Shown here: positions 11,619-21,895 of the stretch, piece by piece | Layout of the letters: each line of letters starts with the position of its first letter | Numbering within the stretch: the stretch's first letter is position 1 | From: Spongospora subterranea f. sp. subterranea | Lineage: Eukaryota | Assembly: GCA_049724395.1 (NCBI GenBank) | Contig: JAUGWO010000138.1 | Span: forward strand, 1-64,000 | Direction of reading: 5' to 3' | Length of the DNA stretch: 64,000 nucleotides | Position numbers and translations under genes: made by a program | Notes under the pieces: generated by a model | Told to the model about the DNA's origin: nothing | Seen by the model: only the letters and a program-made list of their open reading frames with translations | Database searches by the model: none

Positions 11619-12106
11619 CAACTGCTCTGCTGCGAAAGGCTGGAAAATTTGCACCCAGCATCATGAGACCATTATAATGGAACCCGAATTGTTTTGACGA
11701 GAAAGCACGTCATTCCGATCCAAAGAAAGAACCGATGCCCCCTTTGACCTAACATAGTCCAATGTGATCTCCAAACTAAAGTTTGAACAATGAGAGAACA
11801 CCGTGATCGAAAACCACGATATCATCTCGGGCAGCGAAACCTCAACTTGTGGGAGTCGTTTAAGGCGAATGAAATCGTTCATCAAAAACGTCAACGTATC
11901 GCCCATCATAAGGAGAATGTGACCATGACGTGTCGTGTCACATCCCTTCGCTTGCAGACCCAGTAAAGATGTTCAAGCAAACTGCTCGAACGTAATGACG
12001 TGCTTTCTCGTCAAAAAATGAAGATAGTATTCGGGTTCTCTCACAATGGTCTCAGGATGTTGGGCGCAAGATGCAAATTTTCCAACCTTTCGCAGCAGAG
12101 CAGTTG
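11619..12106. repeat. ~100-bp inverted repeat (11619-11714 vs 11994-12106)
   Basis: TTTTGACGAGAAAGCACGTCATT / AATGACGTGCTTTCTCGTCAAAA and CAACTGCTCTGCTGCGAAAGG / CCTTTCGCAGCAGAGCAGTTG. Confidence 0.9.
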
Positions 12107-13217
12107 GCAACCGACTCAGTTAAATTGAGCGGCAGTGCTACCGCGAGGTCTCCCCCGACCCCTGCCACGATGCGATTGTGGTGCAGGTGTTGCAATCACA
12201 GCCGCACTCTGTTGAGCCGTTGGCAAATCCGTCGTGACATCCAGTATCAAAGCCATCGCGAAATAAAATGAACAACGATCTGAGAAAGTGAACGGGGTTC
12301 GTTGTTGCATATTACCCAGTAAATGGTTCCTTTAATCTATTCCACAGGTCGTTTTGATGTTTTTTGTTGATAATCCATATTCTACTGTCATCGTGTTCCA
12401 ATACTGATAGTACCCTGTTTATAGCCCTTGTCGTTCCTTGGTGGTTCCTGCTGTCAAATAATGCCAATGAATGCCGATCGCCGTGTTGTTCCTGTCAATT
12501 GGGAATAATTCTCCACAATGGTGGATGTAGTCTATCGTGTCCCAATGGTGTGAATGGTTCTCCACCCTTCGTCTCTCCCTATATCTGCTTTGTAAATCAT
12601 ATTTCTATCCATCGTTTTCTATATGATGAGGAGTACTCTTTGCCTGAATCATCCCGATTTGTGTTGATCATATACAAAAATGCTGCTATACCGAGCTCGG
12701 ACAGTCTGGTCATTATTTCACATGATATCATTCCGAGCGTCATGTGGCTACGTTTGGCAGAGATCTGGCATGTTGGACGACCTCGGATGCTTGGCGTATG
12801 GGTATATATCTCGCCGTCCCGCTTTGTCTGCAATCACTCCCAATTTTTCTGATCGTTTCACATATGTGAACACGTAATTGAATGGAAGCCATTGCTATTG
12901 GTACGATAGGGTGGGGTTCAACCGCATCGCCTTCCAGAATCGATTTTCAGAATTCACTGCGGTTGTTTCGCTACCTTGATTGGCCCTAAACAATCAATAG
13001 ATTCTGTGTCCATTGGTTCTACGAAATTCAGAAGCTGTAATTCGAAATAGCATTACCATAACCTTCGAATATTCTCTGAAGAAGTTCTCTGAGTATCAAT
13101 GAAACGCACACGATCCAAATCAAAGCAACACAAAACAGTGTACGGCATGAGTATGGAGCAGACACGTAGCCAACACAACGACGCGTTTAAACAAAGAAAG
13201 ATCAAGTTTTGTATCGA

Positions 13218-16200
13218 TTACTTCTGAGGATGTCTATTTCCTTTGGCTTGAACGCGGCGTGAGCTCAACTTCTTGCGCAAGGAGTACAGATCTTCCTTTA
13301 GACTTCGGCGATTTTCGTCAGAAATCTCGAGTGGGAATGGGACATTATCAGCCCTTGCTTTGCTGACCATTTCCAGATAATGCTTCTTAGCATTCGTGGA
13401 AGATAAAAGAAAGAGTTGCACTGGTACACTTGGATCGATGAAAAATTCAGCGGCGTATGCTTTGACAGCAGCGTTTTCGTCGTCTGACTGGATACTGTCA
13501 AAGAGTTCTTTGACGTATTTGATCGGGCAATCATCAAAATCACGTTCTACAAGAGACCCGAACACTGTATTTAGCCGGATTCCGAACATTTCAAGGGCCT
13601 TTTCCGCGATAATAGAACGAATATATTCGCGATACTTGTCGGAAGACGGCTCTCGCGTAAGACAGGACGAATCGACCACGTAAGGCTGATATGGGTCTCT
13701 TTCGCCGAGCTTTTTGGCCACTCTATGGAGAAACTTCACGCTCGTTTCAGGTGCCAATTTAATATCCTCACAAAACACCATCGCCTTGTGCAACATGGCC
13801 TGGAACAGTTGACGTTCTTCCAGTGGACGGTCTTCTATGTCGCTGTAATACTCTTCCACGAGTTGAGACAGACTAAGATTAAATTCAGAAAGATCGGCAT
13901 TGCGACTTTGGAACTTTTCAATTGTGTCTTTCAAACTCAAAACACTAGAACGTTCTTCTATGTCGCTGTTATACCTGTCCACGAGGTTAGACAGACTAAG
14001 ATCAAATTGGGAAAGACTGGCTTTGCGGATTTGGAACTCCTCAATTGCGTCTTTCAAACGTAAAACACTAGAGAAATGTGACTTCAACGCTCTGAATACG
14101 TTGCCAAGATATTGCTTGGACTGGGACGAAGTTTCCATTACTGAGGCTTGAGCAGGATTAGTGATGACGTTGACAGTTTCGTAAAAAACTTGGCCGCGAA
14201 CAATCTCGTCTCGGTGAAGTAGCTCTGGACCACAGAGTGTGCGAAGAATATTGGCCTTAGACGTGGTGTCCAGAGGAACTCGGGCGACTTCCATTAATAA
14301 TTGTTCCACCATGACCAAATTGAACTTTTTTTGGACATTCTTACAATCATCATCGGATACACAGTCAAAGCAGTTGAGAAACAAAGTCTCGGACTCCTGT
14401 TCAAGGTTAAGCTGGAATTTTGTCAACCATTGATTGTAGTCTGCATGATCATTGTCATCCCCTAAAACACCAGTCGCTAACGCCAAATGATCAATGGCGA
14501 AGAACGTCTGAGAATGTATCTCTCCTTGGGCTTGAACGCGGCTTGAGCTCAATTTCATGCGCAAGGCGTACAAATTTCCCTTTAGATTTTGGAGAGCGTC
14601 AGAAATCTTGAGTGGGAATGGGACATTATCAGCCCTTGCTTTGCTGACCAATTCCAGAAAATACTTCTTAGCATTCGTGGAAGATGAAAGAATGAATTTC
14701 ACTGGTGAACTTGGATCGATGAAAAATTCAGCGGCGTATGCCTTGTCAGCAGCGTTTTCGTCGTCTGACTGGATACTGTCAATGATTTCTTCGACGTATT
14801 TGATCGGGCAATCATCAAAATCACTTTCTACAAGATACCCGGACACTCTATTCAGCAGGACCTTGAACATTTTGAGGGCCTTTTCCGCGACAATGGAACG
14901 AATATATTCGCGATACTTGTCGGAAGACGGCTCTAGCGTAAGACAGGACGAATCGACCACGTAAGGCTGATATGGGTCTCTTTCGCCGAGCTTTTTGGCC
15001 ACTCTATGGAGAAACTTCACGCTCGTTTCAGGTGCCAATTTAATATCCTCACAAAACACCATAGCCTTGTGCAACATGGCCTGGAACAGTTGACGTTCTT
15101 CCAGTGGAAGTTCTTCTATGTCGCTGTTATACTTGTTCACGAGTTAGAGACAGACATGAAGATCGGCAAGACTTAAATTCAGAAAGATCGGCATTGCAGA
15201 CTTTGGAACTTTTCAATTGTGTCTTTCAAACTCAAAAGCACTAGAACGTTCTTCTATGTCGCTGTTATACCTGTCCACGAGGTTAGACAGACTAAGATAA
15301 ATTGGGAAAGACTGGCTTTGCGGATTTGGAACTCCTCAATTGCGTCTTTCAAACGTAAAACACTAGAGAAATGTGACTTCAACGCTCAAATACGTTGTGA
15401 AGATATTGCTTGGACTGGGACGAAGTTTCCATTACTGAGGCTTGAGCAGGATTAGTGATGACGTTGACAGTTTCGTAAAAAACTTGGCCGCGAACAATCT
15501 CGTCTCGGTGAAGTAGCTCTGGACCACAGAGTGTGCGAAGAATATTGGCCTTAGACGTGGTGTCCAGAGGAACTCGGGCGACTTCCATTAATAATTGTTC
15601 CACCATGACCAAATTGAACTTTTTTTGGACATTCTTACAATCATCATCGGATACACAGTCAAAGCAGTTGAGAAACAAAGTCTCGGACTCCTGTTCAAGG
15701 TTAAGCTGGAATTTTGTCAACCATTGATTGTAGTCTGCATGATCATTGTCATCCCCTAAAACACCAGTCGCTAACGCCAAATGATCAATGGCGAAGAACG
15801 TCTGAGAATGTATCTCTCCTTGGGCTTGAACGCGGCTTGAGCTCAATTTCATGCGCAAGGCGTACAAATTTCCCTTTAGATTTTGGAGAGCGTCAGAAAT
15901 CTTGAGTGGGAATGGGACATTATCAGCCCTTGCTTTGCTGACCAATTCCAGAAAATACTTCTTAGCATTCGTGGAAGATGAAAGAATGAATTTCACTGGT
16001 GAACTTGGATCGATGAAAAATTCAGCGGCGTATGCCTTGTCAGCAGCGTTTTCGTCGTCTGACTGGATACTGTCAATGATTTCTTCGACGTATTTGATCG
16101 GGCAATCATCAAAATCACTTTCTACAAGATACCCGGACACTCTATTCAGCAGGACCTTGAACATTTTGAGGGCCTTTTCCGCGACAATGGAACGAATATA

Positions 16201-17214
16201 TTCGCGATACTTGTCGGAAGACGGCTCTAGCGTAAGACAGGACGAATCGACCACGTAAGGCTGATATGGGTCTCTTTCGCCGAGCTTTTTGGCCACTCTA
16301 TGGAGAAACTTCACGCTCGTTTCAGGTGCCAATTTAATATCCTCACAAAACACCATAGCCTTGTGCAACATGGCCTGGAACAGTTGACGTTCTTCCAGTG
16401 GAAGTTCTTCTATGTCGCTGTTATACTTGTTCACGAGTTTAGACAGACGAAGAGTAAATACATGAAGATCGGCATTGCCACTTTGGAACTCCTCAATTGC
16501 GACTTTCAAAAGAAAAGCACTAGAACGTCCTTCTATGTCGCTGTTATACCTGTCCACGAATATAGACAGACTAAGATTAAATTCAGAAAGACTGGATTTG
16601 CCACTTCGGAACTGCTCAATTGCGTAATTCAAAAGCAAAACATTGATACGTTCTTCTATGTCGCTGTTATACCTGTCCACGAGGTTAGACAGACTAAGAG
16701 TAAATTCAGAAAGACTGGCTTTGCCACTTTGGAACTCCTCAATTGCGTCTTTAAAAGGTAAAACACTAGAGAAATGTGACCTCAAAGCTGCAAAGACCTT
16801 GTGAAGATATTGCTTGGAATGGGACGAAGTTTCCATTACTGAGGCTTGAGCAGGATTAGTGATGACGTTGACAGTTTCGTGAAAAACGTGGCTGCGAATA
16901 ATCTCGTCTCGGTGAAGTAGCTCTGGACAACAGAGTTTGTCAAGAATTTGGACCTTAGACGTGGTGTCCAGAGGAACTCGGGCGACTTCCATTAATAATT
17001 GTTTCACCATGACCAAATTGAACTTTTGTTGGCAATTCATACAATCACCATCGTATACACCGTCAAAGTATTTGAGAAACAAAGTCTGCGACGCCTGTTC
17101 GAGGTTGAGCTGGAATGTTATCAACCATTGATCGTAGTCAACATGATCATCGCCATCCCCTAAAACACCAGTCACTAACGCCAAAAGACCAATGGCGAAC
17201 AACATTGCTTTCAT
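13218..17214 (-). CDS. Intronless secreted protein built from tandem-fused gene-length units (three in this assembly; frame broken at ~15140-15410)
   Basis: ATG at 17214 gives signal-like MKAMLFAIGLLALVTGVLG. Each unit is domain A + 2-3 copies of a 40-aa repeat + domain B. ORFs 15379-17364 and 13218-15140 contain near-identical blocks offset by 1294 bp. Confidence 0.75.
13850..16770. repeat. Tandem ~1.3-kb units with internal 120-bp repeats
   Basis: Essentially identical blocks at ~14110-15140 and ~15405-16440. The 120-bp repeats encode DAIEEFQSGKASLSEFTLSLSNLVDRYNSDIEER-like sequence. Confidence 0.95.
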
Positions 17215-17999
17215 TCTGGCGAAATCAGGGCTAATGGTTACGCAACCAGTTCGGAGTTCAACGCCGTCCCGGCGTCCCCGCAGTTTTACAACACCGTCCT
17301 GTTGCAGTTCGCCGCTAAACACATGACCCGGCGGCAACTCCGCCCTCTTATCCTGAGGACACAACTCATGGGAGCTTACCGGCTGCAGCGTGAGACTTCT
17401 GGCGACACTGCATAAGAAGGTAGCCGCCGCCGCCGCGGTGCAGGCATCGACAAGTCATAGCGGATCAAAGGTTGTCTCGACGCGAATGCGCCAACATTAT
17501 AATAATGCGAGGGGAAGTGCGTAAACGACGTCCTCAAGTGAAGCAGTAGGTTTCAGCACCGTGAGCCAGAGACCGAAATTGGCTCCCGTTACATGTGTCC
17601 TGTCATCCATTTTACTGTTCACTGTGGGAAACGCAAACATCTTTTCCAGTGCCGTTAACAGACAACAGTTGATAGGTTGTAGTCTGTGTTGGTTTCGTGG
17701 AGTCCAAGATGGCCGCGTCTAAGGGCTCTGTTTTGTCCATGGTTTTTATCTGTCGTATTCACTGGCTGATGACAAGGCCGTCTATGCAATTAGGGAGTCG
17801 TTCATCCACAATGTCGTGCATCGGATGTCGCATTATGGGAAAACACAATATCTGGTTGCCGTCAACAGAGAATCGACTGATAGGTTTGTTCAAGGTCGGA
17901 ACTATCATTGAGACAACCACAACAATAGTTAGTCGCCCATGTGATGCAGCCATAGGCAGAGATTTCTGGGGTAATTATCACTGCAAACTTAACTTCATA

Positions 18000-18460
18000 T
18001 AATGTTTTGGGGCAAAGGCATTTTCCAGGACTCGCTGGACGTTTTCCGAACTCGTTCAGCTGGTCCATTCGGAACTCTGCTCGCAACTCCTATCGTTATA
18101 TCGATGCTTCTGGCGTCAAAGGATGTTGTCAACGCGATACGCATCCGTAAACCGGTCGGAACTGCGAGCCAATTCTTGGATTGTGTTGACACAATGTTGT
18201 CGAGTTCTTTAAAGTAAAATGTGCAGATATACCGTGAAATGCCTTTGCTGCTCCCCAGAATATCTCGATATTTGAATTCGCAATGATATTCAGGACAGAA
18301 ATCGATGGAATTATCCCTCTTCGATTGAAGTTTTTCGAGGCCATTCCATCTTTTACTCAAAAACCGGTTCTTCCATCAATAAATACAGACACAGTTTTCC
18401 ATTTTAACTCACTTGAAGCCCTTGGAATGTCCATTTTCAGTGCTCAGGATCTGTTCGATG
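18000..18460 (-). pseudogene. Third IS630-Tc1-mariner-type transposase remnant
   Basis: LLMEEPVF, FCPEYHCEF, IEIFWGAAK and RFTDAYR across frames. The motif order is the same as in the elements at 100-2707. Confidence 0.7.
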
Positions 18461-19055
18461 CGTTCTCCGTACTGCAGCTGATTCGACGATTCGCCCTCCA
18501 TCGTTCAGACTTACAGACAGAGTGTCAGGAACAATTTGACTTGCGTTATTTCAAAGCTGAACTTCATCGACCAATCTCGTCAGCGCCGTAACTCGGGTGC
18601 GGAAGCACATGGATTGGAAACAACGGGCAGAAACGCGATGGTTTCAGTCAAATCAAGACCGGGTCGGACTTCCAGCCAGACCCGCCATAAACAAATTGTT
18701 GTCACTTGTTTGCCAGGAGTTGCGGTGATGTATATCATAATCCGGTGCTCCCGCTGACTGATCAATGCTAATTCCAACTAGATTGGCAATTTCTGGGAAT
18801 CAAACCGAGGACCACATTTTTCCATGGGGCAACCGCTGCTTGTTGCACTAAAGGCCGCTCCGATCCCTTTACGAAAACGGCAATTATTGTCACAATTAGC
18901 ATTGATCGCCGAATGTTTCACACCGGTTGATATGCTGGTAGCCACTCGGCCCTCGGCCCGAGCTGCGAATCCATCTTCTGACGCAAGTATCTGTAGGGAA
19001 ATTCATCTGTTTCCGGGTAGAATTTGACATTGATTCTATTAACAAGCACTACACA

Positions 19056-19226
19056 ATGGGTAAAGGCGATGCGTCCGGAAAGACAAGCATGACTCAAGAG
19101 GCGGCATCGAGGGTGCAATCCGCTGCCGATAAGAACCCACAGTCGGCGTCGGCCACTTCTGGTTTCAAGGAACGTGCTTCTTCGGCATCTGCCAAGAATG
19201 CACCAACGCAACCAGGACAAAAATAA
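19056..19226 (+). CDS. 56-aa SMP-domain (seed maturation protein / LEA-like) small hydrophilic protein
   Basis: MGKGDASGKTSMTQEAASRVQSAADKNPQSASATSGFKERASSASAKNAPTQPGQK. The MTxxxASRxQSA...GFxxRAxSAxxKN pattern is characteristic. ACAATGG start context, with AATAAA ~40 nt downstream. Below the ORF-track length cutoff. Confidence 0.8.
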   Translation: MGKGDASGKTSMTQEAASRVQSAADKNPQSASATSGFKERASSASAKNAPTQPGQK

Positions 19227-19716
19227 TGGGGTTCAACCTATTTGAAGGTTCAGCGTAATCTCAATAAACATTTGAGGACCGATTGGTCAAGTGGTACAAA
19301 CAAAATCATGCCAATCCGGCGAAATGCTGTGCTTGATTCCAACTCTGTAGTTCATTGAAACAATTGCAGTGATGGGATTTTTGATGTGGGCAACAGCACT
19401 GCGAGGTATACAGTATGGAATTGCACATACCCAATGGCGCCGCGAGGATGATCATCATCATGGCGAAAATTACAGACGATCACCAGAACTGGACGACTGA
19501 ACCACCGTCGCAAACTGAAGTCAACTCGCGCGCCTGCAGGCACCTGTGCAGGTAAAAATGACGATTTTCTTGATTGAGATTTCCCGATTCGGTTATTGCA
19601 TATGAATCGAATATATTAGGCAAGATGATGAGGTCCACGAACGAAGAAAGAGGTCAATCGTTCTCGTTTATAGGCGACGCGCTGCCAGTTCAAGACCGAT
19701 TTGAGTCCATGGTATC

Positions 19717-20200
19717 CTAAACAACATGATCTGAGAGTTTATTCGTGGTTATTTCCTCGCTGCGGTTCATCGGTAATGTACTCCAAAACCCTTCAGGGAA
19801 ATTCCGATGGGAACAACACAAACCCGGTCTGAATTGATGAGTTTGTTTGATGTAGTTGGTTTTTATAGATTGTGGGAACAAATTACAGTGAAGTTGGTTG
19901 ATGTGTATTGTGAGAGGTCTGCTGATGGGTAATCCACCCAATATTGATGCTGTTGATTGGCCCTTTCTAGGGGTCTCAACGGGCCTAGGGATCGAACCCG
20001 ATCCCGTTTCCGCTTCCAAACCTTCGCCGAGGGCTGTCGAAAATCGCCACCACTGCAGTGTTTGCCAACACGAATTCTGAATTCCAGCTCCATCTGACAC
20101 ATATAACTTCTCAATCGATCTTCAACTTGGTTCGATTCCTCCAATTCGCACCATTCATCCACTAGCTGGTTCCAGGGATCGGTTCTGGGAGATTATCTTC
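19717..20200 (-). pseudogene. Possible APE endonuclease remnant of a non-LTR retrotransposon
   Basis: Weak motifs GGDF, SADLS and LSDH appear in the expected order across broken frames. Confidence 0.25.
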
Positions 20201-21895
20201 TCCCGTGATCTTGTCCAAAACAATCTTTGCCCGAGCCGTTGATCTCCCCTGATCTCAGAGTTACCTTTCATAGTTTGTCCATGATTGGTTCCCGAATTAT
20301 AAGCAACATGTCAACAGCAATTTTGCTAACCATTTTGACAATCCGTGCTGAAACCCAAAGTTCAGGTTGATCTTCAATCAGACCCGAACCAATATTGGAT
20401 TGTTCAACGTCGGTAGATAAAACGAGATCGCGCCACTTCGGTTTTGGAAATTGACAAGCACTTTCCCAAGCGAGATCCCGAAATCAAGTCTGTCTTTCCG
20501 GTTTTTCGAAATGGTGTATGGACAGGGACTTAAAAGAATAATTGTTTGCTGAACACGACTACCAAAACCTCACGGGCGATCGCAACAAACTATTGTTCCT
20601 CGATAAGATACTGTTCGTCAACACTGTCCATGCACACGTCGGACAGCCAAAAGCACAGCTTGATTTGGAACATCGCGCTCGGGGATATTCGACATGATGA
20701 TTATTGGGGATGTACTCTTCGATTTCAACCCCGAATTCTCGCGCCTTCGTGCTCTGTCGTTATTTCGTGCAATACGAACAACCGAAGGTCAGGACAAAAC
20801 ATGGGCCTGCCGACCACCCTGACCAGCCACATTCTCGTCATCAGAGTTGAAACTCGGTCACTTTCCAAGCGCGATCACCACATTACCACAATGTATTTTT
20901 AAGGAAATATCACGATGGATAATTCGGGTTTGCGCGTTGTCGCCAATGTTGTTGAAGACCTTCAACACAACGGCAACGACCAAAACGGTCGCCACCCGAC
21001 GATTACCATCGTCCATGTCCGACAATCGCCATACTCCGCCATTCGTCGCGAATTACTGAACCAGTTGACATCTCTGTTGTGTCTCCGACCACATTTGATT
21101 TTTCTGGCTCACGCTTTGAAGAAGATTGCCCAGTTTCGACATCGAGTACCGGGAAGAAGTCGCTGTCGAATGGCTCAGGAGAACGGTGGATCTCTGGGAT
21201 TATCGATTTTTTGGCGTCGTCAGCGGCCAGTCCTTGTCGCCACACAAGTGGACATCGCAGTAAACCACAGAATGAGAAGGGAAATACTGGCCCGAGGATA
21301 TGAGTTGGTTAACAGCCAGATCCCGCTCAGATCAGGTTCCCAGCCTTGAACCTCGTCGGTTGTCCATCTATCCTTTGAATGTGAAGCGGTGTTGGGGCTG
21401 GTCGTGATAATCGCTGGCATCGAATCCGATCACCACAGGTGTAAAACAGCATGGAGACGTCAGCGTCGCCACACTCATCACGACCGCTATATTGTTTTCA
21501 GATCTTGGTCCAGGAACAGGCAAAATTTACAAATACAAAAGGAACAGGAAAAGCATAACCGATCGTACCTGGGAACCTTCAAAACCGCAACACTTTCGTC
21601 GGCCACTCCGGCGTTCAAAACTGTTGTCGATTTCCACCGCTCTCAAGGAATATATGATGGTGATGGAAACAGAATTCACCACCGAAATAATGGCCAATAC
21701 GAAAAATCGAGCAGACAATTGGCGTAATCAGGGTGATACGCCAAGATCTCTCTCCTTGATCGAACGCCCACAAATCTACGTTCTGTATCAGTTCGCCTAC
21801 TCTGCCTTTCACAAGCGCCATTGATTTACAAGCGCCATTGAATCGCAAGTTGTTGTTGTTAAGGAAAATGTATTGAACATTGGTTAGTCGAGTAA

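Noticed and set aside
17215..17364. 50-aa N-terminal extension in the ORF track
   Set aside because: It starts at a non-ATG codon. The ATG at 17214 gives a clean signal peptide.
20700..21890. Possible membrane-protein gene or continuation of the GH28 gene
   Set aside because: Short ORFs on both strands with no consistent splice pattern or recognisable motif.
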